Source of the DNA: Candidatus Woesearchaeota archaeon
GTDB lineage: Archaea; Nanobdellota; Nanobdellia; UBA10117; ARS21
NCBI GenBank assembly: GCA_964344605.1
Contig: CAYFNR010000001.1
Span: forward strand, 23,439 to 87,438
Reading direction: 5' to 3'
DNA: 64,000 nt
The notes under the pieces are model-generated. The model saw only the letters and a program-made list of their open reading frames with translations, was not told the DNA's origin and made no database searches. Positions 30,813 through 40,907 of this stretch are shown in pieces; position 1 is the first letter of the stretch; every line of letters begins with the position of its first letter. The position numbers were made by a program, and so were the translations under genes.

Positions 30813-32707
30813 ATCAACACCTCCTTGCCTCGCTTCGCGGATCGATATATAGCGTCTACTACTTTTTGAACTTCAAGTCCTTCTCGCATAGTTATATGTC
30901 TACTTTTTTCTTTGTTTAAGGCCTTGATGAACTCTACGTCTTGCATATAATATCCATCACCTCCAATATCAAATTCAGACAAGTCTTCTAACTCGCTTTT
31001 GTATATCTTTCTCTTCTTATTTTTTGTCTGTAATTCTACTAAATTATTCGTAACTTCCAAAGTTCCTTTTGTCCCATAGAGTTTAATGTTAATATCTAAT
31101 GTCTGGTGTCCGGGTTCGCTCCAAGAGATAAATATCTTTCCACGTTTTTTACCATATATCGCTTGGATTTCAGCCATGTCTTCAACTTCTTTTGAATGGG
31201 GATTTGACAGTGTGGCACGAATTTTAGAAGCTCGTCCTAAGAGGTTGTTAAGTAGATAGATAAGATGTGAACCATGGACTGCAACACACCCTCCACCAGC
31301 AATACTTTTGGCGGTACGCCAACCTTTCTGCTTGCCAAAAACTTGTGAAACTAAGGCGCTTGCTTCAAAACGTTCGATATTTCCAATGTCTTTTAATAAA
31401 CTCTGTGCCTTCTGAAAAGTTGGACTAAAAGCAAGCATATATCCAACAGAGTTTTCCACCCCAAACTTTTCTACTGTACTTACTATCTTCTTTGCATTTT
31501 TTAGATTATCTGCTAGAGGTTTCTCAGCAAAAACAGCAAGGTCATTTGAAGCACAGAATTTAACTAAGTCTTTGTTTGCAGAAGGTGGCACGCATAAAAA
31601 GACAGCGTCAGGTTTAGCTTCGCGAGTCATTTCCTTTATATCTGTAAAGAAAGGAGCTGCTACCCCAATAGATTTAGAATAGGTCTCCATTTTTGTGTTG
31701 TTATCAACTACACCAACTACTCTAGCTCCAGAGATTTGATTAATAAGGGAAGCGTGTACAACCCCCATCTTTCCAAAACCTACAACACCAATTCGTTTTT
31801 CGTCGTGCCTTGTTTTGATGTTTCTAGATGCCCTTAAACCATCTGTGAGGTTTTTTGGAGAGTATCCAAAATCCCTTTTAGCATGGGACAAATCGACTTC
31901 TGTTTCTTGTACTAAACCAAGAACATTGTCTTTTGTAACTGGAGGATTCTTAACAAATAAAGATAAAATGCTTAATCCAGAATAGGTAAGCCAGAATGGG
32001 ACATATATTTTTCTCTTCTTTTTTTCACAAACAGTATCTATAAAGCTCTTAAAAGTAAGTCTTGTTCCCCCCGCAATATCATAAATACTGTTTTTAGTTG
32101 CATCCTTTTCCAGGCAAGAGATAATAGCAGAATTTAGATCATCTACGTGCGTGGGTTGCATTTTATAATTGCCTGTACTTATTATAGGTATCACTGGCAA
32201 GCTCTTGGCGAGCTTTTGTATCTTGGCGAATAGGCCTTTTGAACCCCACCCATAAACCAGAGCTGGTTTTAGGATTGTGACGTCTAGATTAGAACTCAAG
32301 AATAGATCGTCTGCAGCAGATTTTGTTTTAGCATACTGTCCCTTTTTTCTACGTTTTGTTGATTGTGTGCTAATTACAATAACTCTGTCTATCTTGAGCT
32401 GTTCGCAAGCCTCAATCAACTTTTTTGCACCGTCAACGTTGACATATTCGCTTTTCCTAAGATCAGAGGCCTTTTCCGATGTTGAGGCTGCTAGATGAAC
32501 AACAGAGTTGCACCCTTTCAAAGCTCTTAGAATTGAATTTTTGTCTGTGATGTCTCCCTTGACTATTTCGACATTAGGGAGAGCTTCTATATCTGAACAA
32601 TCACTTGTTTTCCTAACTAAACAGGACACGTTGTACCTCTTCTCACTTAACGAATTTGTTAGGTGACTTCCTATAAAACCGGACGCTCCCGTCACAAGAA
32701 CCTTCAT
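30809..32707 (-). CDS. Fusion of an NAD-dependent epimerase/dehydratase (extended SDR) and a Gfo/Idh/MocA oxidoreductase
   Basis: N-terminal VLVTGASGFIGSHL Rossmann motif. The second half has IGVVGFGKMGVVHA and FAEKPLA, the Gfo/Idh/MocA EKP motif. Confidence 0.85.
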   Translation of the reverse strand: MKVLVTGASGFIGSHLTNSLSEKRYNVSCLVRKTSDCSDIEALPNVEIVKGDITDKNSILRALKGCNSVVHLAASTSEKASDLRKSEYVNVDGAKKLIEACEQLKIDRVIVISTQSTKRRKKGQYAKTKSAADDLFLSSNLDVTILKPALVYGWGSKGLFAKIQKLAKSLPVIPIISTGNYKMQPTHVDDLNSAIISCLEKDATKNSIYDIAGGTRLTFKSFIDTVCEKKKRKIYVPFWLTYSGLSILSLFVKNPPVTKDNVLGLVQETEVDLSHAKRDFGYSPKNLTDGLRASRNIKTRHDEKRIGVVGFGKMGVVHASLINQISGARVVGVVDNNTKMETYSKSIGVAAPFFTDIKEMTREAKPDAVFLCVPPSANKDLVKFCASNDLAVFAEKPLADNLKNAKKIVSTVEKFGVENSVGYMLAFSPTFQKAQSLLKDIGNIERFEASALVSQVFGKQKGWRTAKSIAGGGCVAVHGSHLIYLLNNLLGRASKIRATLSNPHSKEVEDMAEIQAIYGKKRGKIFISWSEPGHQTLDINIKLYGTKGTLEVTNNLVELQTKNKKRKIYKSELEDLSEFDIGGDGYYMQDVEFIKALNKEKSRHITMREGLEVQKVVDAIYRSAKRGKEVLI

Positions 32708-32709
32708 TT

Positions 32710-33726
32710 TTAAGTATTCTCCTCAACGAACTTGACTAACCAACTAGTAACATCAATTTTGTCTTTTAACATACAATCCCTCTTTTTTTGCCACTCTTTT
32801 TTTAGGTTTTTCCTTCTCAACAGGTCAAGTGCTTTTTTCATAGCTTTTTCTTGTTTAGATATGTTGTAAACAAGACCATACTTTTTTTCTAGTTCATTTG
32901 TATAACCTCTGCGAGAGCTTGATACATAGATTGCCGGAACTCCTAAAACAGCTGCTTCAGATGCAATGGTGGCACTTTCTCCTATATATAAAGTCGCAAA
33001 TGCTAGGAAATCATGTAGTTCATCATAACGAAGCTTGAACCTGAATTTTTCCAATTCTTGTGGTAATGGATCTTCTGAGCTTATGAATACTTTTCCGTGT
33101 TTTTCCAATTCTTTTACAAACTTAATTTTATCTACAAATCCCTCCTCACCTATCTCGTGATATGTTCCCCAAGAAACAAATCTTAGTAGGAAGAATGTGT
33201 CTGATTTTTTGAGACCATATCTCTTCAATACGTTTTGATTCGGTTTGAACTTATTGGGATGTAAGAAAGCTAGTTCGTGGTACCCCCCATAGGTGATGTG
33301 GTTCCCCCAAACTTTTCCTTCGTAACAACTAGGTGTACATACAAAATCAACTAAAGGATAAACTATTTTATTAGAGAGTTCAGAATTTTCTGTGTCCCAG
33401 AATACAAACTTTTTAATTCCCTTAAATCTGCCAGAAGTGGCTATTGTTGGACCCATTAGTCCAAGCATGGCATTAGGCTTAAATTTTTTAACCACTTTTC
33501 TAAATCTCCAATTTCTATAGATTAACTCCCAAATTAAGTGTCCCATGCCTGGTCTGAATTTACTTAAAGAAGTGTATTTTATATTGTAGAGATCTAGTAA
33601 ATCTAAAGCAATATCTTTTTCTCTCGTAGTGACTAGAACTTTGTGTCCGTTTGATTTTACTTCTTTTATGAAATTTCTGAAAAAATGTACATGGGCAGGA
33701 TGCAAGATATCTATTAGTAACTTCAT
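32710..33726 (-). CDS. DUF354 family protein (GT-B / UDP-GlcNAc 2-epimerase-like fold)
   Basis: 338 aa with the N-terminal MKLLIDILHPAHVHFFRNFIKEVKSNGHKV block characteristic of DUF354. Confidence 0.7.
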   Translation of the reverse strand: MKLLIDILHPAHVHFFRNFIKEVKSNGHKVLVTTREKDIALDLLDLYNIKYTSLSKFRPGMGHLIWELIYRNWRFRKVVKKFKPNAMLGLMGPTIATSGRFKGIKKFVFWDTENSELSNKIVYPLVDFVCTPSCYEGKVWGNHITYGGYHELAFLHPNKFKPNQNVLKRYGLKKSDTFFLLRFVSWGTYHEIGEEGFVDKIKFVKELEKHGKVFISSEDPLPQELEKFRFKLRYDELHDFLAFATLYIGESATIASEAAVLGVPAIYVSSSRRGYTNELEKKYGLVYNISKQEKAMKKALDLLRRKNLKKEWQKKRDCMLKDKIDVTSWLVKFVEENT

Positions 33727-33778
33727 TCTAGAACTTAGAAGAGTAAATCTTTATAATGTTCCTATAAAAGCGTACACA

Positions 33779-35473
33779 ATGGAGCCACTTCACCAGTTGA
33801 TTGCAGATTATCTGGCAAAGCATTCATCAGACGAAGGGCTGTTTGACCCCATCGAAAAAAGACACGTGAGAAATGGGTATGGTAATGCATTCTTCTCTTT
33901 GTTATGTGACCAACTTTATCTTGATAGTGGGAAAATAGAATGGAAAAAAAGGAGAGATATTTCTTTGAAGGCCGAACTTAAGTCCATTAAAAATTATTCT
34001 AAAGAGAAAGGATTGTTTCGTTGGGAATTTAAAAACTATGCGTTATTGAGTCTATACTACTCAAACAAAAACCGAAAATCTAAGAAGATAAATAAGTCAT
34101 TGACAAAAGAATTAGAGTCTTACTTGCAGTCAATGATTTATTTAGGCTCTTACCAAACAAATTATTTCGCATTAAGGGGGATTAATTACTTACTAAAATA
34201 TTTGTGTTTTGGTGACCCAAAAGATAAGAAAAAAGCAAAGCAACAAATTAGAGTTGTATTATCACGTCAAACTCCAGAAGGTTTCTTTTGGGATACACCA
34301 AAACATAAGACTTTCCAATATCATGCTTTTACATTGATGCTATTGTGTAAGTTCTACTCAATTAGTAAATGGAGACCTGTTTTACCACACATCAAAAAAG
34401 GACTCAAACTCTTAAAGAATATAACAGACAACAACGGAGACTTTAATTATTTTGGTCGGAGCCAAAGGCAGTTGTTTGGATATGGCAATGGGATACTGGC
34501 ATTTTCGTTAGGTCACAGTATTATTCCTAATCAAAATTATGACCGCATGGCAAAATTGGTGTTAGATTTTATAAAACCTCACACTAGAAAGATGAGAATA
34601 GTTATGAACAAAGATCAGGACTTGTTCGCTGGTTGGTATAAATACAACTGCTTAACAGACCACATAACTTTTTCAGCTTACACTTTGTTAGAGTCAGATA
34701 AACTCCTAGACTTTGGTAAAATAAAAAAACCAACATTCAAAAATGAGGAACATTTCCTGCCGAGCCTGAACATATTTTTAAAAAGGGCAAGTAATTATTT
34801 CGTTTGTGTATGTGCTGAGCCCAGTAAAGCCAAATCACAACCCACCGGTCTTGTACATATTTGTCCTAAAGTTGTTAGTACTTCGGGAGGTGCACCATAT
34901 AATTTAGTTGAGGGTTATTTAGACTCTTCCCAAAACTTTTTCGGACCAAAGATAAATGGACGAAATCCCTTTCTTAAAAACGCTAAGTTACATATATATC
35001 ATAATTCATTATCTCTTATCTCTGATTGTAAAGATGCCGTGACGGAAATGTTATGGGATTTTAACAAAGGAGTATCTGTTAAAATAAAAGTTAAACCTAA
35101 ACGGAAGACAAAAATTAATTTAATACACTACGTAGCTGATAAACCGTTAGAATCAGAATTAAAAGCCTTTGGAGTTGGACAGATTATATCTCCAGAAGGG
35201 CTCATGACTGTTCGCGAATCAAAATCCAAATACACAAACAAGAAACTCCAAACTCAAATAAATATGATCCAAGGTAAATATGAAAGGCAAAAAACACTGC
35301 ATTCTTATATTGATACAAAGCCAAGAAAACCGACGGCGTCCTTTATGTCATATTATATATTAATGCCAACACATTTTGCGAAAGTATTTATTAGAAAAAT
35401 CAAGAGACCAAGAGAAATAATTGCAATGTTTAGATATTATAATATAAGAAAGAAATATTATGTCTCAGAGTAA
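33779..35473 (+). CDS. Hypothetical protein, possibly an alpha/alpha-toroid polysaccharide-modifying enzyme
   Basis: 564 aa from the ATG at 33779; the track start at 33629 would overlap the DUF354 gene. The QTPEGFFWD and NGDFNYFGRSQ repeats resemble toroid-fold enzymes, but the assignment is weak. Confidence 0.5.
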   Translation: MEPLHQLIADYLAKHSSDEGLFDPIEKRHVRNGYGNAFFSLLCDQLYLDSGKIEWKKRRDISLKAELKSIKNYSKEKGLFRWEFKNYALLSLYYSNKNRKSKKINKSLTKELESYLQSMIYLGSYQTNYFALRGINYLLKYLCFGDPKDKKKAKQQIRVVLSRQTPEGFFWDTPKHKTFQYHAFTLMLLCKFYSISKWRPVLPHIKKGLKLLKNITDNNGDFNYFGRSQRQLFGYGNGILAFSLGHSIIPNQNYDRMAKLVLDFIKPHTRKMRIVMNKDQDLFAGWYKYNCLTDHITFSAYTLLESDKLLDFGKIKKPTFKNEEHFLPSLNIFLKRASNYFVCVCAEPSKAKSQPTGLVHICPKVVSTSGGAPYNLVEGYLDSSQNFFGPKINGRNPFLKNAKLHIYHNSLSLISDCKDAVTEMLWDFNKGVSVKIKVKPKRKTKINLIHYVADKPLESELKAFGVGQIISPEGLMTVRESKSKYTNKKLQTQINMIQGKYERQKTLHSYIDTKPRKPTASFMSYYILMPTHFAKVFIRKIKRPREIIAMFRYYNIRKKYYVSE

Positions 35474-36430
35474 ATTATTTTCTTCAGCCCAATCAACTGT
35501 TCTTTTAATACCTTCTTTAAGTTGAACTTTAGGTTCGTAATTAATTTCTTTACGTGCACGATCTATTCGAAAGCTTCTACTCCTTGTTATATTCTTTGCC
35601 CTGCTTTTACTTAACGGCAGTTTTTTCCCAGAGACTTTAGAAACTAAATCAAAACAAATCCCAGCGGTCAGACCCACAATACGTGGAATCTTTACAGGTT
35701 TTCTAACTTTCAGGCGGTCCGAAATTATCTCACTTAGCTCACACAAAGAGTAAGGTTTGATGTCTGAGATTATATATTCTCTATTCTGCACGTCTGGATT
35801 TCTTAATATTGTAAGTGTTGCATTTACTACGTCATCTATGAAAACCATGTTGAATAGATTTTCACCCGACCCAAAAATAGCAAATCTTCTCTTTTTTATG
35901 GTTTTTATAATATTAAAGATATTATAAGGATCTCCCGGTCCATAAATATAGGAAGGCCTCAATATTGTGAAATTCATTTTGCTGTGTTTTCTAAACTCCC
36001 TCACAATTTCCTCTACAACTACTTTTGATTTACCATAATTATCGTAGGGTTTGAGTGGAGAATTCTCGTGAGTATTCAAAGACTCACCATAAACAGTTAC
36101 ACTGCTAAAAAACAGAAAATGCTTCACATCATTTTTTTCACAAGCATTTAGTAATCTCTTGGTGCCGTCAACATTAATTTCGTTCATAGAATCCAAGCTT
36201 TTGCCTCGCCTAGCAACTGCTAGATGTACAACGTTATCTATGTCTTTTGTGGCTTTCTCAAGAGATTTTTTATTTGTTAGATCTCCGTACACAATTTGTA
36301 TATCTAAATCTTTTAGTTGGCTCAGATCGGAAGCTTTCCTGGACAATACTCTGACGGCCCTACCTTCCTTAATCATTTCTCTAACGAGTGCACCACCGAC
36401 AAAACCTGTTGCACCAGTGACTAAGTCCAT
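35465..36430 (-). CDS. NAD-dependent epimerase/dehydratase (extended SDR)
   Basis: MDLVTGATGFVGG Rossmann motif and a YxxxK context (YGKSK). The ATG at 36430 overlaps the upstream TAA; the track start at 36445 is GTG. Confidence 0.85.
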   Translation of the reverse strand: MDLVTGATGFVGGALVREMIKEGRAVRVLSRKASDLSQLKDLDIQIVYGDLTNKKSLEKATKDIDNVVHLAVARRGKSLDSMNEINVDGTKRLLNACEKNDVKHFLFFSSVTVYGESLNTHENSPLKPYDNYGKSKVVVEEIVREFRKHSKMNFTILRPSYIYGPGDPYNIFNIIKTIKKRRFAIFGSGENLFNMVFIDDVVNATLTILRNPDVQNREYIISDIKPYSLCELSEIISDRLKVRKPVKIPRIVGLTAGICFDLVSKVSGKKLPLSKSRAKNITRSRSFRIDRARKEINYEPKVQLKEGIKRTVDWAEENNLL

Positions 36431-37461
36431 TACTTCTTCACCCACTCTTTTTCGATAATTTTGTTGTCGTTAATCCATTTAACCATGGAAGATACACCTT
36501 GTTCCAGACTATATTTTTGTTTGTATCCTAATTCTTTCTCAATCTTAGTGCAGTCTGAGTTCCATGCTCCAATCAGACCTTTTAATGTTCTAAGTCTTAA
36601 GATAAACCTTTTCCTTAAAGATACAGCCACTAATTCCCCAACAATCGCTATAGGATACGCTAAAAGTTTTGGAAAGTGGATATATTTTACTTGTGGATTC
36701 GCATATTGTGCAATTTCCATTAAGACTTCTTTGTATGTTCTCTTACTAGGTTCCGATACATTGAATGTGTGGATGCCCTTCTTCTTTTTCTGTGATGCAA
36801 GCAATATGCTATCAGCTGTATTTCCAGCATAATTGAACTCATACAAGTTTTTTCCTTTACCTACTATAACGAATCTCTTCTTTCGCAACATTTTGTAGAG
36901 ACGTATTGGTGTTGAGTTTATATGGGCTCTTGGACCATATATTGGAAATACTCTGAGGATTAGACAAGGGATTTTTGTTCTTTTGTAGAATAATTTAACA
37001 GCTTTTTCGGCTGCCAGTTTACTCCATCCATAATTAGTATCTGGACGCTCCTCGCTACTCTCTGAAATAAACTTCCTTTTCTTTGCTCTTGGACCCACTA
37101 CTGAACAACTACTAATGTAAACAAACTGCTTTATGTTGTTACTCTTAGAAGAATTTAATAAGTTAGCAGTTCCAAGGACATTTTCTTTGTAGTAAACTTC
37201 CTTAGTGGCATTTGCTCCAGGACTTAAGGAGTAGTTATGTATTACTATTGAATTTTTTGGTATGTGATTAGAGAAGGTGGAAGGTTTTTTCAACTCACCT
37301 TTAACTATTTTAACGCCGCCAATACTTTCCAAAAAAGAAGTATCGTGGTGGTCTTTAACGAGTGCAGTTACTTCAAAGCCCTGTGCCACCAGTCTCTCAA
37401 CTATATGGCTACCAAGTAGGCCCGCAGCACCAGTAATAAACACTTTTTCAGACTCCGTCAT
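36430..37461 (-). CDS. NAD-dependent epimerase/dehydratase (extended SDR)
   Basis: VFITGAAGLLGSHIV Rossmann motif and the YGWSK catalytic Tyr/Lys context. Confidence 0.85.
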   Translation of the reverse strand: MTESEKVFITGAAGLLGSHIVERLVAQGFEVTALVKDHHDTSFLESIGGVKIVKGELKKPSTFSNHIPKNSIVIHNYSLSPGANATKEVYYKENVLGTANLLNSSKSNNIKQFVYISSCSVVGPRAKKRKFISESSEERPDTNYGWSKLAAEKAVKLFYKRTKIPCLILRVFPIYGPRAHINSTPIRLYKMLRKKRFVIVGKGKNLYEFNYAGNTADSILLASQKKKKGIHTFNVSEPSKRTYKEVLMEIAQYANPQVKYIHFPKLLAYPIAIVGELVAVSLRKRFILRLRTLKGLIGAWNSDCTKIEKELGYKQKYSLEQGVSSMVKWINDNKIIEKEWVKK

Positions 37462-37505
37462 TTGAGAACTCCAACGACAAATTCTTTAAAAGGTTTCGTT
37501 GGCAA

Positions 37506-38990
37506 CTAAATAAACCTGTAGAATTTGTAGAAAGTATCGAATAATCCAGGCATGACTTGAAGTACAGAACATCCAGCCTGTGCAGCTGAAAACTTAGCAA
37601 TCTTGTAAGGATTTGATTTCCATCTTTTTTTAAGTTCTTTTTTCTTACGCAACTTCATTTGCTCACCTACTATTGTAGCATTGAATTTAGCAACTTCCTT
37701 CTTTACTTCTTGAGGTGTTTTAAAACTATTACCAATTATTCCAGAATAATTCAAAACATCTTCCCAGTTTTTTAACGGAAAGCCCATTTTTTGACCTTGC
37801 TTCCACAGTATTGTCCCGGGATAGGGCATCATTACATTCGTTAACGCTGTTACTTTATCTAGTGGGAACTGTGTGACAAAATTAAGAGTTTCTCTAATTG
37901 TGTCTCTGGTTTCCTTTGGTGACCCTGTGATCAAATATATTTTAACATATATGCCTAATTTGACCATGTAATCTATATCTTTTTTTAATTTGTTAAGTTC
38001 AATCGTTGCTTTCCCAATTGCTGTCTGAACATCATTATTTGCCGATTCTAGTCCTAAATGAATTATTCTACATCCAGAATCATATGCCATCTTAGTTTTT
38101 TCTTTAGTTTGGTATTCCGGACGAGATTCATAGCCCCAAGTCAAGCCTCTTTTCTTAAGCTCTGAGCAAACTTGTTCCGTCCAGTCATCATCAACAGAAA
38201 ATATCTCATCTATAAAATATATATAATCAACATTGAGTTCCTTTAATTGATCAAGCTCCTTTGCTATAGTTTTTATACTCTTAAGCCTGAATTTTCCTCT
38301 AAAACCTGCTCTAAAGCAAAATGTGCAGTTATATATACACCCCCGGCTAGCTTCGTACGCCGCTACACGCTTGGCCTTTATGTGGTGAGGCGGTTTTGGC
38401 CAAGTATAATTATCTATGCTTAATTTTTTGAAGTTCATTATGGGGAGTTCTGTTAGATCCTCAACATTTGCATTGTTAGTACTGTAACTCCACCCTTTCT
38501 TTCCTTTATGTGTTACATAATCAAAGTCAACTTTTTTACCCATCTGCAGTCTTTTAACGACGTCCGAAGCAACAATATCTGGTTCCCCACAAACCACATA
38601 ATCTGCCTTTGAACTATCGAACGTTGTTGGGATTGCTGAGGCGTGTGGCCCAACCAGCACAACTTTTATTTTTGGATTAATTTCTTTTATTCTATCTATT
38701 TCAGAAATTGGAAGTACGGCGTCGACAGTACCGTCGCGCCAAAAGTTGTAAGATGGAGCAGAACTGGTAACTATAATTTCAGATGCTTTTATTTTGTTGA
38801 TTATATCTTTGAGACTTTTATTTTCCCCCCACAAATCTATTAATTCATTTTCTATCCCTACTTTGTCCATGTAGTCAGATATATACATGAGATCAAGAGG
38901 ATAAAGTGGATTGTGTTCTGCAAAACGCCCCTTTTTATCTAAGTTTCTCCAATTGATATTCACAACAAGAACTGGCGAGTTTTTGGCCAT
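37506..38990 (-). CDS. B12-binding-domain radical SAM enzyme
   Basis: 494 aa. The N-terminal flavodoxin-like B12 domain region is followed by EASRGCIYNCTFC, the CX3CX2C motif. Confidence 0.8.
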   Translation of the reverse strand: MAKNSPVLVVNINWRNLDKKGRFAEHNPLYPLDLMYISDYMDKVGIENELIDLWGENKSLKDIINKIKASEIIVTSSAPSYNFWRDGTVDAVLPISEIDRIKEINPKIKVVLVGPHASAIPTTFDSSKADYVVCGEPDIVASDVVKRLQMGKKVDFDYVTHKGKKGWSYSTNNANVEDLTELPIMNFKKLSIDNYTWPKPPHHIKAKRVAAYEASRGCIYNCTFCFRAGFRGKFRLKSIKTIAKELDQLKELNVDYIYFIDEIFSVDDDWTEQVCSELKKRGLTWGYESRPEYQTKEKTKMAYDSGCRIIHLGLESANNDVQTAIGKATIELNKLKKDIDYMVKLGIYVKIYLITGSPKETRDTIRETLNFVTQFPLDKVTALTNVMMPYPGTILWKQGQKMGFPLKNWEDVLNYSGIIGNSFKTPQEVKKEVAKFNATIVGEQMKLRKKKELKKRWKSNPYKIAKFSAAQAGCSVLQVMPGLFDTFYKFYRFI

Positions 38991-39022
38991 TGTTGAGGCT
39001 CCAAATTTATATTTTATAAGCT

Positions 39023-39967
39023 TTACCTAACTTGGTTCGCGCTAAACATATCTTTTTCAAAAAATAGCAATACAGCAAGTAATCCTTGAGAGTATCGTAA
39101 GAATAGGAATACTAACTGCACACTTATTGTTAGTAAGGCAGGCACTCCAATTAGACTGAATAATACAACACTTGAACCTTCTCTTATACCTAAACCACTT
39201 ATAGATATTGGGAGAAGACTGATTATAATTAGTAGTGCATTAATTGTGAATATCTTGTACAGAGCAATAGGGTTATTGAATGCTATAAATAGAAAGTAAA
39301 TTACTATAGCTTGGACAATTAGTTTTATAATTGTAGCAACTGCGTCCAAAAAAATCAAGTCTTTATGTTTCGAAGTATAGCTTAGAAGTGATTTTGAGAA
39401 CCCTCTAAATTTTCTAGAATACTTTCTTAAAATAAGTTTCTTTATTAATTGTCTCCCCATTCTGCTTAGAAGAAATAGTGCTAGTAAACATAGGACAAGA
39501 ACACCTAAGGTTAGACGTATCGCATCTTTGGGAGCTAGATAAAAAAAGGCGCCGACAGTGGCTATAAAAGATAGTAGAAAAAGAGTCACAACTTTATCCA
39601 AAACGTTGATTGCAGAGGCTTCCCCAACTTCCTGTCCTTCTTTATATAGAAAGAATATCATGGAGAACTCGCCAAGCTTGCCTGGTACAAACAAGCCGAC
39701 AGTCGTTGATATGATGTAGTATTTTACTAGTTTTAGGTAAGATATCTTAGTGCTACTTCCTTTTAATAATATTAGGAAATTCATCGAACCAATTAACAAA
39801 ATAACTACATTAAGGGCAAGAAGAGGAATTAACCAAAACACACTAAAGCCGTTTAAAACTTGAATAATATTTGGAATACCTATTTTGTAGAGAATAAGTC
39901 CTAGTAGGAAAAGTCCAAAGACTAATTTTATTAGTATATCTGATTTTTTGTATTTGTTTCTAAACAT
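39023..39967 (-). CDS. UPF0104 / LPG-synthase-TM-like (flippase-like) membrane protein
   Basis: 314 aa, about 8 TM segments, immediately downstream of the GT2 gene (2-nt gap). Confidence 0.55.
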   Translation of the reverse strand: MFRNKYKKSDILIKLVFGLFLLGLILYKIGIPNIIQVLNGFSVFWLIPLLALNVVILLIGSMNFLILLKGSSTKISYLKLVKYYIISTTVGLFVPGKLGEFSMIFFLYKEGQEVGEASAINVLDKVVTLFLLSFIATVGAFFYLAPKDAIRLTLGVLVLCLLALFLLSRMGRQLIKKLILRKYSRKFRGFSKSLLSYTSKHKDLIFLDAVATIIKLIVQAIVIYFLFIAFNNPIALYKIFTINALLIIISLLPISISGLGIREGSSVVLFSLIGVPALLTISVQLVFLFLRYSQGLLAVLLFFEKDMFSANQVR

Positions 39968-39969
39968 TT

Positions 39970-40857
39970 TCAGTCTTGTTTAAGCATGTCCGCTAAAAAT
40001 CCAAATAAAATTATTTGGACCCCAGTAAGTACCAACAGAGCACTCAAGATAACTCGAGGTATTCCACCGGCACCCCCTACTGTCAAGATATTATACATAA
40101 TTATAACTCCAATTAAACCTCCCGCCGAGATTAATGTGAACCCAAGAGACCCAAAGAATTTCAGAGGGTGGTAATCTCGGTAGATTCTTAATATATTTAC
40201 CCAAGCACGTAGAGCATATTCAAACGGGCTCCCAAATAACCTACTCTCTCGTGTTCTACGAATTCTGATTGGAACTTCAGATATTTTATATCCTTGTTTT
40301 GAGGCTCGTATTAGTTGTTCTTGAGTATAAGTGAAACGATTAATTAACTGTATATCTCTTGCTAGCTCAGCAGTAAATGCTCTGAATCCTGTTGTGGAAT
40401 CAGTCACTCTCTGACCAATTAATGAGCTTAAAGCACCAGCAAAAACTCTATTTGTTATATCTTTTACAAACGAGAAATGCCTGCCTTTGGAAAACCTGCT
40501 GCCAAGAACAAGGTCACTCCCCTTCTCAACAGATCTTATCAATTGAGGTATGTATGTGGAAGGATATTGACCATCCGCATCCGTGTGTACGATAATATCT
40601 GCTTTAAGTTTTAGGCAGTGTTCCATTTCTGTTTTAAAGGCCTCAGCTAACCCTTGATTTTTATTGTGGGAGACAACCTTAGCCCCAGATTTCCTAGCAA
40701 TTTCAACTGTAGAATCTTTGGAACCGTCATCAACTACTAAAACTTTGTATTTGTATTTGGTTTTGTCAAGGACTTGCTTTATTTCCCCAATAACTTTTCC
40801 TATAGTCCTTTCTTCATTGTATGCGGGAATTGTAATAACTATCAATTTGGAAGGCAT
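39970..40857 (-). CDS. GT2 polyprenyl-phosphate glycosyltransferase (GtrB / Dpm1-like)
   Basis: IPAYNEE, VVDDGSKD and HTDADGQ motifs, plus two C-terminal TM helices as in GtrB. Confidence 0.88.
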   Translation of the reverse strand: MPSKLIVITIPAYNEERTIGKVIGEIKQVLDKTKYKYKVLVVDDGSKDSTVEIARKSGAKVVSHNKNQGLAEAFKTEMEHCLKLKADIIVHTDADGQYPSTYIPQLIRSVEKGSDLVLGSRFSKGRHFSFVKDITNRVFAGALSSLIGQRVTDSTTGFRAFTAELARDIQLINRFTYTQEQLIRASKQGYKISEVPIRIRRTRESRLFGSPFEYALRAWVNILRIYRDYHPLKFFGSLGFTLISAGGLIGVIIMYNILTVGGAGGIPRVILSALLVLTGVQIILFGFLADMLKQD

Positions 40858-40907
40858 GCCCCTTTCTACTGAGCAAGTTATTTAAGTCTAACCATATAAA
40901 TAAGGAA

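Noticed and set aside
33629-33778. N-terminal extension of the 33779-35473 gene given in the ORF track
   Set aside because: It would overlap the 5' end of the divergent DUF354 gene by about 100 nt. An ATG at 33779 gives a clean intergenic promoter region.
33779-35473. Searching this ORF, and 46660-48009, as the missing phosphonopyruvate decarboxylase
   Set aside because: Neither shows a TPP-binding GDG...NN pattern or the usual ~375-aa Ppd layout. No other ORF in the window does either.
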